Assembly (NCBI GenBank): GCA_963676105.1
Contig: OY781039.1
Span: 630,001-662,000 of the forward strand
Reading direction: 5' to 3'
DNA from: Erysipelotrichaceae bacterium
Lineage (GTDB): Bacteria; Bacillota_I; Bacilli_A; Erysipelotrichales; Erysipelotrichaceae
Length of the DNA stretch: 32,000 bases
Shown: in pieces, positions 1 through 8,431 of the stretch
Position numbering within the stretch: position 1 is the first letter of the stretch
Layout: each line of letters begins with the position of its first letter
Program-made: the position numbers and the translations under genes
The notes under the pieces: generated by a model
Databases searched by the model: none
The model's input: the letters and a program-made list of their open reading frames with translations, nothing else
Told to the model about the DNA's origin: nothing

Positions 1-492
1 TTATATCTTAAAAGTTGGCAAACATTTAAATCAAATATTAAAGAAAATATCTTTTTAGCCTTTAAACTCTTACCACTGCTTTATCTCTCTAGTATGGTCT
101 TTAATGGTTTAGCCATTTATCTAAGTGGTCAAGATATCGCAGGAAATCAAGCTTTACTCAATGAAATGTATCAAACAAGTCCCCTTTTTATTATTGTGGC
201 CGCAACGATATATGCCCCGATCATGGAAGAGCTTTTGTTTAGAGGATTCTTTTTTGGACTTTTTAAAGACAAGAATGTTTATCTAGCGCTTTTCATTTCA
301 GGACTTACATTTGGTTTTGCCCATATGTATACACCAGAAATGAGTTTACTGGATTTTGCCTTTTTACCAAGTTATTCAGTATTAGGCATGATTATTGCTT
401 ATAGCTATCATAAATCTCAAAACATCTATACCCCTGTACTACTACATTTTCTCAATAATTTTATTGGGATAGTTCTCATGTCTTTAGTTTAA
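1..492 (+). CDS. CPBP family intramembrane glutamic endopeptidase (CAAX/Abi family), 5' end outside the window
   Basis: Frame 1 is open from nt 1, so the gene starts upstream and the M at 94 is internal. Motifs: EELLFRG (EExxxR), FGFAH (FxxxH), LLHFLNN (HxxxN). Hydrophobic throughout. Confidence 0.85.
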   Translation, partial: LYLKSWQTFKSNIKENIFLAFKLLPLLYLSSMVFNGLAIYLSGQDIAGNQALLNEMYQTSPLFIIVAATIYAPIMEELLFRGFFFGLFKDKNVYLALFISGLTFGFAHMYTPEMSLLDFAFLPSYSVLGMIIAYSYHKSQNIYTPVLLHFLNNFIGIVLMSLV

Positions 493-2655
493 ATGGAAAA
501 CAAGATTGAAATAAAAGGTCAATTTGGCCACATCATTTATAACGATAAAAAAACGCGATATACTGTCGCGCGTTTTCGCTTATACGAACTTAATGAAAAA
601 ATGATTACCGTAACTGGCTATCTACCTGATTTTCCTAAAGATATGATGGTTTCATTAAGTGGTGAGTATGTTGAACACCCACGCTTTGGCTTACAGTTTA
701 AAGTCAGCTCATATCGAAGAATATTACCGACAGAACCAGATTCAATTGTTTCCTTTTTAAGTTCACCTTTATTTGTGGGAATCGGTAAGAAATTTGCGCA
801 AGTGATTGTCGATACTCTAGGTGAAGAATGTTTAGATCAACTTAAAGCAGATCCTGATCTTTTAATAAAAGTTAAAGGTTACACTGAAAAGAAACGAAAT
901 GCGATTATTGAAGGTTTTGCCTTAGCTGGAGAAGATGAAGAAGCACTTCGCTTTTTTAGTACCCATGGCTTTGGTATTCGTAATGTGATGCGCTTAGAAA
1001 AAGTTTATGGTAAGAAAGCCTATGAAGTGATTAAAGAAAACCCTTATCGCATGTGTGATGAAGTCGATGGAATTGGCTTTAAAACAGCTGATAAATTGGC
1101 TTTATCTATGGGCTTTGACATGGATGATGAAAGACGTCTAAAAGCGGCTTGTTCAGCTTTAGCCATGGATATCTGTATGCGTACAGGTGATTCATTTGTT
1201 GATTATGATTTATTACAGTCACGCTTTGTAAAACAATTTCCGCAAAGTGATTTTGAGAATATCATTGAACAGTGTTTAATTGAGCGTAAGTTAGTGGATG
1301 AAGATGGCATGATTTTCCCAGTCTCTCAATACATTGAAGAACGCTATGTTGCCCGCATATTAAGTCAATTCCCTTATGAATCACTGCCTGAAGTGGATGA
1401 ATTAAAACTCGAAGAACAAATCAGCATTTTTGAATCTGAAATCAATATTGAATATGATGAACTACAAAAAGAAGCGATTCATCAATTTTTCAGTGAGAAC
1501 TTTATGATTTTAACCGGTGGTCCAGGAACAGGTAAAACAACTGTTGTTGGGGCTATGATTCACTTGTTTAAACGCTTATACCCTGCTTACTCATTAGCTT
1601 GTGTTGCGCCAACCGGACGTGCCGCAAAACGTTTAAGTGAAATCAATGAAGTACAAGCTTATACGATTCATTCCCTTTTAAAATGGGACTTAGAAACCAA
1701 TACCTATGGCAAAAATGAACAAGAACCCTTGGAAGTCGATGTTTTAATCATTGATGAGTTTTCAATGGTGGATACCTATTTATTTGCGCAACTTTTAAAA
1801 GCATCACAAAAAGTAAAGAAAATATTAATCGTGGGAGATCGTGATCAATTACCATCGGTTGCGCCAGGTAATGTTTTATCTGACTTAATTGAGTCACATC
1901 AATTTCATAGTGTGGCTTTAGAAACCATATATCGTCAAGCTGATGGCTCAGATGTGATTACACTGGCTCATCAAATACGTCAAGAAAGCATTGATTTCTC
2001 AAATTTAGTCAAAGATATCAGTTGGTTTGAAGGAAGCGCTTATGAATCTAAACAAGCTTTAATTCAAACGATATCTAATGCCTTAGATGCAGGTTACAGT
2101 ATTCATGATTTTCAAGTTGTATCACCGATGTATTCAGGTGTGATGGGAATCGATAATTTAAATCATACCCTTCAAAAGCTTTGTAACCCAAGTGATGAGT
2201 TTAAACGTGAATTTAAAGTCGGATCAATTACCTTTAGGGAAGGTGATAAAATCTTACAGCTCAAAAATCAGCCGAGTGATGATGTCTATAATGGCGATAT
2301 TGGCGAGTTAATTGAAATCATTTTTGCGAAAGAAGATGATGCGAAAGAAAACCGACTAGTGGTTGATTTTGAAGGACGTATTGTTGAGTATACGTCTGAA
2401 AATATCTTAAATATCGCCTTAGCTTACTGTATTTCTGTTCATAAATCACAGGGTTCTGAATACCCTATTGTGATGATGCCAATTTTAAAGGAACACAGTA
2501 TTCTACTTAAAAAAAGGCTTATATATACAGCCGTGACTCGGGCGTCTAAAAAACTTTTATTATTTGGTGATTCAAATCTCTTTATTCATAGCACTCAAGA
2601 AGCGATTGAGCGTAAACGGTGTACAAGATTACTCACCCATTTACAGGCTTTGTGA
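493..2655 (+). CDS. recD2: RecD2-type SF1B ATP-dependent DNA helicase (RecD-like/YrrC)
   Basis: 720 aa. Walker A GGPGTGKTT, motif II IIDEFSMVD, VGDRDQLPSV, SVHKSQGSEYP, YTAVTRA, and a RecD2-like N-terminal domain. The ATG directly follows the CPBP stop (TAAATG). Confidence 0.9.
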   Translation: MENKIEIKGQFGHIIYNDKKTRYTVARFRLYELNEKMITVTGYLPDFPKDMMVSLSGEYVEHPRFGLQFKVSSYRRILPTEPDSIVSFLSSPLFVGIGKKFAQVIVDTLGEECLDQLKADPDLLIKVKGYTEKKRNAIIEGFALAGEDEEALRFFSTHGFGIRNVMRLEKVYGKKAYEVIKENPYRMCDEVDGIGFKTADKLALSMGFDMDDERRLKAACSALAMDICMRTGDSFVDYDLLQSRFVKQFPQSDFENIIEQCLIERKLVDEDGMIFPVSQYIEERYVARILSQFPYESLPEVDELKLEEQISIFESEINIEYDELQKEAIHQFFSENFMILTGGPGTGKTTVVGAMIHLFKRLYPAYSLACVAPTGRAAKRLSEINEVQAYTIHSLLKWDLETNTYGKNEQEPLEVDVLIIDEFSMVDTYLFAQLLKASQKVKKILIVGDRDQLPSVAPGNVLSDLIESHQFHSVALETIYRQADGSDVITLAHQIRQESIDFSNLVKDISWFEGSAYESKQALIQTISNALDAGYSIHDFQVVSPMYSGVMGIDNLNHTLQKLCNPSDEFKREFKVGSITFREGDKILQLKNQPSDDVYNGDIGELIEIIFAKEDDAKENRLVVDFEGRIVEYTSENILNIALAYCISVHKSQGSEYPIVMMPILKEHSILLKKRLIYTAVTRASKKLLLFGDSNLFIHSTQEAIERKRCTRLLTHLQAL

Positions 2656-2661
2656 TATAAT
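2653..2661 (+). promoter_or_regulatory. Extended -10 promoter TGaTATAAT, 6 nt upstream of the ATG at 2668
   Basis: TG at 2653-2654, TATAAT at 2656-2661, then taacac and the ATG. No SD in between. Overlaps the recD2 stop codon. Confidence 0.55.
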
Positions 2662-2667
2662 TAACAC

Positions 2668-2961
2668 ATGAAAAATCGAAGACAAATAGCTCGTTATTTA
2701 CTGATGGGATACGCAGTTGTTTTACTTGGATTAGTGCCATTTTTACCTAGTGACATACCGATGCAATACTCCATTACAGGTGGTGTAAATTATACACTAC
2801 CTAAAATTTTGGCTGTTTTTCTCATGCTTGCATTGAATATTGGATTAGTCGTTTTATTTAACGTCCAAAGTAAAAATGAAGACTACCCTGCAAAACATCT
2901 TGTCACTCAAGGCACACTCATCGTAGTGACCTTAATTTTATTAGTGAAGAATTTATTCTAG
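2668..2961 (+). CDS. Small polytopic membrane protein, DUF1648-like
   Basis: 97 aa with about 3 hydrophobic helices. LPSDIPMQYSITGGVNYTLPK resembles the DUF1648/SdpI N-terminal pattern. First gene of the ABC operon. Confidence 0.5.
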   Translation: MKNRRQIARYLLMGYAVVLLGLVPFLPSDIPMQYSITGGVNYTLPKILAVFLMLALNIGLVVLFNVQSKNEDYPAKHLVTQGTLIVVTLILLVKNLF

Positions 2962-2969
2962 GAGATTTT

Positions 2970-3692
2970 ATGATTGAAATTAAAAATGTATCAAAAACGT
3001 ATTCTGGTAAAGTTAAAGCCGTTGATCAGTTAAGTTTAAGAGTGGATGAAGGTGAAATTATTGGTTTCATTGGTCCAAATGGAGCTGGTAAAACAACCAC
3101 CATTAAAATGATGACTGGCATACTAGACGCAGATGAGGGTGAAATTGAGCTTAATGGCATTTCCATTAAAGATAAACCACTACTGGCCAAACAACAATTT
3201 GGTTATGTCGCCGATAACCCTGATTTATTTTTACGTTTAAAAGGCATTGAATATATTAACTTTATGGCTGATATATATGGTGTTAGTGCTGAAGATCGAC
3301 GCGAACGTATTGAGAAATATTCAAAAATGTTTGAGATGGATAAAGCCTTAAATGATAAGATTCTCTCTTATTCTCATGGGATGCGACAAAAAATTAATTT
3401 AATTGGCGTGTTAGTTCATGAACCATCGATTTGGATTTTAGATGAACCTTTAACAGGTTTAGATCCGCAATCAGCCTTTTCACTTAAAGAAGCGATGCGC
3501 CAGCATGTTTCTAAAGGTAATACTGTCTTCTTCTCTACACATGTTTTAGAAGTTGCGGAAAAACTCTGTACAAAAATTGTCATTATTGATCATGGAGCCA
3601 TTCAATATAATGGAACACTTGAAGAACTCAAGGCTTCATACCCAAATGAATCCTTAGAAAGCATCTTCTTAAAGGTTGTCCATAATGGCTAG
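2970..3692 (+). CDS. ABC transporter ATP-binding protein (ABC-2 subfamily type)
   Basis: Walker A GPNGAGKTT, signature YSHGMRQK, Walker B ILDEPLTGLD, H-loop STH. SD GGAG lies upstream of the ATG. Confidence 0.9.
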   Translation: MIEIKNVSKTYSGKVKAVDQLSLRVDEGEIIGFIGPNGAGKTTTIKMMTGILDADEGEIELNGISIKDKPLLAKQQFGYVADNPDLFLRLKGIEYINFMADIYGVSAEDRRERIEKYSKMFEMDKALNDKILSYSHGMRQKINLIGVLVHEPSIWILDEPLTGLDPQSAFSLKEAMRQHVSKGNTVFFSTHVLEVAEKLCTKIVIIDHGAIQYNGTLEELKASYPNESLESIFLKVVHNG

Positions 3693-5349
3693 ACTCTTAA
3701 GTCTTACAAAAGTTAGTTTAAAAACCGTATTAAGCTTTCGTGATGGCAAAGTAAAAAATACAAAATTAAGAAAATTTCTACCTTTATTACTTTTTATCAT
3801 CATGATTCCATCACTTGGATCATACGTTTTTCTCATTCGTGAGCTCGTACTAGCATTATTACCCATTCAACAAGAAGGTTTAGTCATTGGTTTATTATTT
3901 TCTGCCTCTGGTGCCATGATTTTCTTTTTTGGGATATTCTTAGTCCCTTCTGTCTTTTATTTCTCTAAAGACATTGAAACACTCCTTAGTTTACCGCTTA
4001 AACCTTATGAAATTTTAACAAGTAAATTATTGGTTGCGATTGTCTATGAATATATTACAGAAGCCATACTCTTCACCGTCGTTTTGGCAGCTTATCTACC
4101 ACTTGTGCAACCATCACTCATGTTTTATGTTTACCTCATTCTTATTTTTATCTTTTTACCGATTGTTCCACTAATCCTTGATGCGCTAATTATTATGTTA
4201 ATTATGATGTTTTTACCTTTTGCGAAAAACAAAGATTTCTTTAACTATCTTAGTGGCTTTCTTGCCTTAGCTTTTGCGATTGGGATCAATGTTTTAATTC
4301 AAGGACAAATGGTTCAAATGAGTGAAGTCGAAATTATAAATATGCTTCAAAGTGGAAACAATTCACTTATGAATCTGTATGCCGTTGCGATTCCTAGTAT
4401 TCCTTATGCGGTTAAAGCTTTAGTCAATTTAAGTTTTATTGATTTCATAATTTATGTCGGTATAACTTTAGCCTTTATGGCTGGCTTTATGATTTTAGCG
4501 CAAGCCATCTATTTTAAAGGTGTTATTGGCGTTGGTGAAACAGGCGCAAATCGTAAGTCTCTTAGTGAAAAAGCCTATACGAAATCTACTTCAGTTGGGC
4601 ATCCACGTTTAACTTATGCCTTAAAAGAATTAAAATTATTAGTAAGAACACCCGTCTATTTCATGAATAATATTTCTACGATTATTATTATGCCAGTTAT
4701 CTTGGGTGTGGCGATTATCCCTAATGCTTTATCTGATGGCAATACAACGCTTTCTCAATTATCAGCAATGTTGCCTTGGCATACAGGTGAAATGGCCGTC
4801 TATGCTTTATCACTTGGTTTAGCCGCTGGTTATTTCATGTCAGGTTTGAATTTGATTACCACAACCGCGATTTCACGTGAAGGCTCTAATGTTTGGTTTA
4901 TGAAAGCTATTCCGATGTCATACTTCGATCAAGCGCTTGCGAAGATTTATCCAGGTTTATGGGTATCTGCCATCGGTGGCTTATTACTTGTTCTACCTGT
5001 CGCATTACTTCTACAAGCGGATATCATGTCTTATGTTCATGCCTTTATTGGATTAGTCTTATCCATTATTGCGATGAACTTCTGGGGACTACTCGTTGAT
5101 ATTTATCATCCAAAACTTGTTTGGGAAACTGAGACAGCAGCCGTTAAACAAAACATGAATGCGGTATTTACGATGTTACCAGGTTTTGCTTTAGCGGGAG
5201 GACTTGTTGGCTTAATTATTTATTTAAGTAATTGGAATTCACTAATGGTTTATGCTTTAGTCTTCAGTATTGCCTTAGCACTTACAGTTATCAGTGTTTA
5301 TGCATTAAATCATTACTGTGAAAAAGGCTTATCAAAAATAGACGCATAG
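3685..5349 (+). CDS. Large multi-pass ABC exporter permease (putative ABC-2 type membrane component)
   Basis: More than 10 hydrophobic helices. Overlaps the ATPase stop (ATGGCTAG). I prefer the ATG at 3685 (AAGG 9 nt upstream) to the ORF-track TTG at 3676. Confidence 0.7.
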   Translation: MARLLSLTKVSLKTVLSFRDGKVKNTKLRKFLPLLLFIIMIPSLGSYVFLIRELVLALLPIQQEGLVIGLLFSASGAMIFFFGIFLVPSVFYFSKDIETLLSLPLKPYEILTSKLLVAIVYEYITEAILFTVVLAAYLPLVQPSLMFYVYLILIFIFLPIVPLILDALIIMLIMMFLPFAKNKDFFNYLSGFLALAFAIGINVLIQGQMVQMSEVEIINMLQSGNNSLMNLYAVAIPSIPYAVKALVNLSFIDFIIYVGITLAFMAGFMILAQAIYFKGVIGVGETGANRKSLSEKAYTKSTSVGHPRLTYALKELKLLVRTPVYFMNNISTIIIMPVILGVAIIPNALSDGNTTLSQLSAMLPWHTGEMAVYALSLGLAAGYFMSGLNLITTTAISREGSNVWFMKAIPMSYFDQALAKIYPGLWVSAIGGLLLVLPVALLLQADIMSYVHAFIGLVLSIIAMNFWGLLVDIYHPKLVWETETAAVKQNMNAVFTMLPGFALAGGLVGLIIYLSNWNSLMVYALVFSIALALTVISVYALNHYCEKGLSKIDA

Positions 5350-5365
5350 AAAGGAGTCTTTCTTT

Positions 5366-5803
5366 ATGAGTATGTTTATTTGGTTATTAATTGCGGTTGG
5401 GGCGTTTGCGGTTGAAATGGCAACCCCTTCTGCCTTAGTTTCCATCTGGTTTGCAGTGGGGGCTGTTGTCAGTGCACTACTCGCTAACACCATCAATAAT
5501 GATGTGATTGAAATTCTCATCTTTGTGGTGGTTAGTGGAATCAGTTTTGTCGTCTTTAGACCTTTGATTATGAAATATGTCAAAGTTAAAGTCGAAAACA
5601 CAAATGCAGACCGTCTCATTGGTTATCGTGGACGCTTATCTGAAGCGATTACTAAAGAGAAATGGGGAGCGCTTGAAATCTCAGGCTTAAGATATTCAGT
5701 TAGCTCTAAGAATCAAGAAGTCATTGACGAAAATCAATGGGTTGAAGTTGTTGCGCTTAAAGGTGCACGACTTATTGTCGAAAAGACAAATGAAGGAGAA
5801 TAA
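5366..5803 (+). CDS. NfeD family membrane protein
   Basis: Three N-terminal TM helices plus a C-terminal OB-like soluble domain (GYRGRL...WVEVVALKGARLIVEK). Sits immediately upstream of the SPFH gene. SD AAAGGAG. Confidence 0.8.
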   Translation: MSMFIWLLIAVGAFAVEMATPSALVSIWFAVGAVVSALLANTINNDVIEILIFVVVSGISFVVFRPLIMKYVKVKVENTNADRLIGYRGRLSEAITKEKWGALEISGLRYSVSSKNQEVIDENQWVEVVALKGARLIVEKTNEGE

Positions 5804-5806
5804 TGT

Positions 5807-6724
5807 ATGGAAAATCTATTAACACTTATTTTTTCAATTATTGGTGCCTTGGTATTTATTTCAATCTTGTTGTATACCGTACGCATCATCCCTCAATCAC
5901 AAGCTTATGTGGTTGAGCGTTTAGGAGCTTATCAAAAAACCATGGATCGTGGTTTACACTTTATTATTCCCGTGATTGATCATGTTTCCAACAAAGTATC
6001 TTTAAAAGAATGGGCACGTGACTTCCCACCACAACCAGTTATCACTAAAGATAACGTTACAATGATGATTGATACGGTTGTTTACTTTCAAGTCTTAGAT
6101 CCTCAAATGTATACCTATGGTATTCATAATCCGGTTTCTGCGATTGAAATGTTAACCGCTACGACCCTTCGTAATATCATCGGTGAACTAGAACTTGATG
6201 AAACCCTCACATCCCGTGAAATCATCAACACAAAGATGCGAACCATCTTAGATGAAGCAACGGATCCTTGGGGTATTAAAGTTAATCGTGTTGAAGTTAA
6301 AAATATTAACCCACCAAAAGATATTCAAGATGCGATGGAAAAACAAATGCGTGCAGAACGTGATCGTCGTAGTTTAATCTTACAAGCTGAAGGTGAAAAA
6401 CGTAGTGCGATTCTACAAGCTGAAGGTGAAAAAGAGTCTGTTGTCTTACGTGCTGAAGCTAAAAAACTTGCTTTAATTGCTGAAGCTGAAGGTCAAGCTG
6501 AAGCGATTAAACGTGTCTATGAAGCTCAAGCTAAAGGGGTTGAAATGATCAACAAAGCTGATCCAAAAAACGGTTATATTACCCTTAAAGGCTTTGAAGC
6601 TTTAGAAAAAGTCGCAGATGGTCAAGCAACGAAAATCATTGTTCCATCTAACCTACAAGACTTATCTTCCATAACCGCTAGTTTAAAAGCCTTATGGGAA
6701 GATCCACAAGAATCTAAGAAATAG
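5807..6724 (+). CDS. SPFH/band-7 (stomatin-like) protein
   Basis: N-terminal TM, SPFH core (VRIIPQSQAYVVERLG...GIKV..VEVKNI), and a coiled-coil repeat LQAEGEK x2. Classic NfeD-SPFH pair. Confidence 0.9.
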   Translation: MENLLTLIFSIIGALVFISILLYTVRIIPQSQAYVVERLGAYQKTMDRGLHFIIPVIDHVSNKVSLKEWARDFPPQPVITKDNVTMMIDTVVYFQVLDPQMYTYGIHNPVSAIEMLTATTLRNIIGELELDETLTSREIINTKMRTILDEATDPWGIKVNRVEVKNINPPKDIQDAMEKQMRAERDRRSLILQAEGEKRSAILQAEGEKESVVLRAEAKKLALIAEAEGQAEAIKRVYEAQAKGVEMINKADPKNGYITLKGFEALEKVADGQATKIIVPSNLQDLSSITASLKALWEDPQESKK

Positions 6725-6733
6725 TTTAAAGAT

Positions 6734-6759
6734 AGAGATACAACATGTGTCTCTTTTTT
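6734..6759 (+). terminator. Rho-independent terminator of the 2668-6724 operon
   Basis: 9-bp stem AGAGATACA/TGTGTCTCT (one G-U pair), 3-nt loop, then TTTTT. Confidence 0.8.
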
Positions 6760-6790
6760 GTATAATGAGATTTAAGAGGTACATGATTAT

Positions 6791-7102
6791 ATGAAATTAA
6801 TGTTGATGTGTGGTGCGGGTATGTCGAGTAGTTTATTAGCTAATAAAGTAAATGAAGCCATCCAAAAAAGAAATTTAGATGTTGAATCTTGGGCGATATC
6901 AGAAGTTGATGTCGCAAAATATGTTGGCCAAATGGATGTCGTTTTAGTGGCACCACAAATTCGCTTTATGATGAAAAGAATCAAAGATGTCTTGGGTGAT
7001 GTTCCCATTGAAGTGATAGATTTTCAAGCCTATGGTTCAATGAATGGTGATAAGATCGTTGATCATGGGATTCGTGTTTATGAACAAAGCAAAAAGAAAT
7101 AG
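6791..7102 (+). CDS. PTS EIIB component, lactose/cellobiose family
   Basis: 103 aa. N-terminal MLMCGAGMSSSLL active-site Cys loop and VVLVAPQIRF motif, alignable by eye to ChbB/LicB. SD AAGAGGT, with a TATAAT at 6761-6766. Confidence 0.85.
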   Translation: MKLMLMCGAGMSSSLLANKVNEAIQKRNLDVESWAISEVDVAKYVGQMDVVLVAPQIRFMMKRIKDVLGDVPIEVIDFQAYGSMNGDKIVDHGIRVYEQSKKK

Positions 7103-7120
7103 CCTCTCGGCTATTTTTTT
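7097..7120. terminator. Bidirectional terminator between the PTS EIIB gene and metK
   Basis: Hairpin AAATAGCC-tctc-GGCTATTT flanked by an A-run and a T-run. It contains both convergent stop codons. Confidence 0.75.
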
Positions 7121-8217
7121 AATTCAATAATCTTTTCCCACGTAAAACCATCGCGACCGAAATGTCCAAAGTTGGCTGTGTTTCGATAGATGGGTCTAAG
7201 TAAATCTAATTCTTTAATGATATTAGAAACTGAGAAATCAAAGTTTTTATCAACAATTTCATAAATTTCTTCCATCTCAACTTTTTCAGTTCCAAATGCA
7301 TTTACATAGATTGAGAGTGGATGTGTTAAACCAATCGCATAAGACACTTGAATTTCACAACGATCCATTAAACCATTCGCAACTAAGTTCTTTGCGACAT
7401 AGCGGCAATAATAGGCAGCTGAACGATCAACTTTAGATGGGTCTTTAGAAGAGAAACAACCGCCACCAATGCGTCCCATACCACCATAGGTATCAACGAC
7501 AATCTTACGTCCAGTGGTTCCACTATCACCAAAGGATCCACCAATCACAAAGCGTCCACCTGGATTAATATCAATCTTCAAGTCTTTAGAAATCCATTTT
7601 GGATCTAAGACTTTATCAATGATTTCAGTTTTTACTAAATCATATAGATCTTCTTGGTTAATATCATGAGCATGCATCGTAGAGACAACCACATGCGTAA
7701 TTTCTTTTGGTTTATCATCTTCATATAAAACCGTAACTTGTGTTTTCGCATCAGGTTTTAAACGACGATCTTCAAATTTAAATTCTGAAATTCTTTTGGC
7801 GAGTTTATGAGCGGTATCAATGGCTAAAGGCATGTAGTTTTCGGTTTCATTCGTCGCATAACCAAACATAATTCCTTGATCACCTGCCGCAACTTCATTG
7901 CCTAAGACAACTTTATTAAAGATGTCTGCTGATTGGGCACCAATCATGGTTAATACCGTAAAGTCTTGTGTATAACCAATATCTTTTAAGACTTGTTTAG
8001 CCACATTTTCAACATTTAAACTTAAATGAGAGAACTCACCTAAATTTTGTTCACCATAGATGACTAAGGTTGAATCTTTAATGGTACATTCAACGGCCAT
8101 TTTAGCATGTGGATTAATTTTTAATGCTTCATCCAAGATGGCATCTGCGACTTGGTCACAGATTTTGTCTGGATGTCCGTCAGTAACGGATTCTGATGTG
8201 AAATAATAACGATTCAT
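7111..8217 (-). CDS. metK: S-adenosylmethionine synthetase
   Basis: FTSESVTDGHPDKICDQVADAILDE, GAGDQG, GGGCFSSKDPSKVDRSAAY. 368 aa. Confidence 0.95.
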   Translation of the reverse strand: MNRYYFTSESVTDGHPDKICDQVADAILDEALKINPHAKMAVECTIKDSTLVIYGEQNLGEFSHLSLNVENVAKQVLKDIGYTQDFTVLTMIGAQSADIFNKVVLGNEVAAGDQGIMFGYATNETENYMPLAIDTAHKLAKRISEFKFEDRRLKPDAKTQVTVLYEDDKPKEITHVVVSTMHAHDINQEDLYDLVKTEIIDKVLDPKWISKDLKIDINPGGRFVIGGSFGDSGTTGRKIVVDTYGGMGRIGGGCFSSKDPSKVDRSAAYYCRYVAKNLVANGLMDRCEIQVSYAIGLTHPLSIYVNAFGTEKVEMEEIYEIVDKNFDFSVSNIIKELDLLRPIYRNTANFGHFGRDGFTWEKIIELKK

Positions 8218-8239
8218 GGGTTTTTCTTCCTCCTATAAC

Positions 8240-8400
8240 AAATAAAAACCCCGCATACAATACAGGGTTTAACTTGTTTAATATTGAAGTTATCCCTTAT
8301 CGAAGTTAGCGGTACCACCTTGCTTGATTCACAATACTCAAGTAGGTTGGCGAGGGGTCATAGAGCTAAATCTCTACCCCTATCTCTAGATAAGACTCTT
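8240..8400 (-). promoter_or_regulatory. SAM-I (S-box)-like riboswitch with terminator expression platform, in the metK leader
   Basis: Minus strand reads TCTTATCTAGAGATAGGGGTAGAGATTTAGCTCTATGACCCCTCGCCAACC...CAAGGTGGTACC...CGATAAGGGA. P1 is CTTATC/GATAAG, and the AGAG, UGA, GC-AACC and AGGUG elements are present. A terminator AAACCC...GGGTTTTT follows at about 8241-8270, then SD GGAGG. Confidence 0.7.
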
Positions 8401-8402
8401 AG

Positions 8403-8431
8403 AATATAACATGTGCACATCAATCATTCAA
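8403..8431 (-). promoter_or_regulatory. metK promoter (-35 TTGAAT, 17-nt spacer, -10 TATATT)
   Basis: Minus strand: TTGAAT at 8431-8426 and TATATT at 8408-8403. The -35 box overlaps the YitT stop region. Confidence 0.55.

Noticed and set aside
1-2655. CPBP/Abi-family protease plus SF1 helicase as a possible abortive-infection or defence pair
   Set aside because: The helicase has the full housekeeping RecD2/YrrC architecture and length. CPBP proteases are common chromosomal genes. There are no nuclease, sensor or mobile-element hallmarks nearby, and the TAAATG junction only shows compaction.
3669-3866. 65-aa minus-strand ORF from the track
   Set aside because: It lies entirely antisense to the ABC ATPase/permease junction, has no SD or promoter, and its composition mirrors the sense gene. 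It is a shadow ORF.
4893-5619. ORFs 4893-5099 (+) and 5332-5619 (-)
   Set aside because: The first is an alternative frame inside the ABC permease. The second is antisense to NfeD. Both are Cys/Ser/Thr-rich low-information translations typical of off-frame reads.
6376-6432. Direct DNA repeat (CAAGCTGAAGGTGAAAAA twice) that could be taken for a repeat element
   Set aside because: It encodes the LQAEGEK coiled-coil repeat inside the SPFH protein, a usual feature of this family.
6787-7008. 73-aa minus-strand ORF
   Set aside because: It is antisense to the well-supported PTS EIIB gene and has no start signals.
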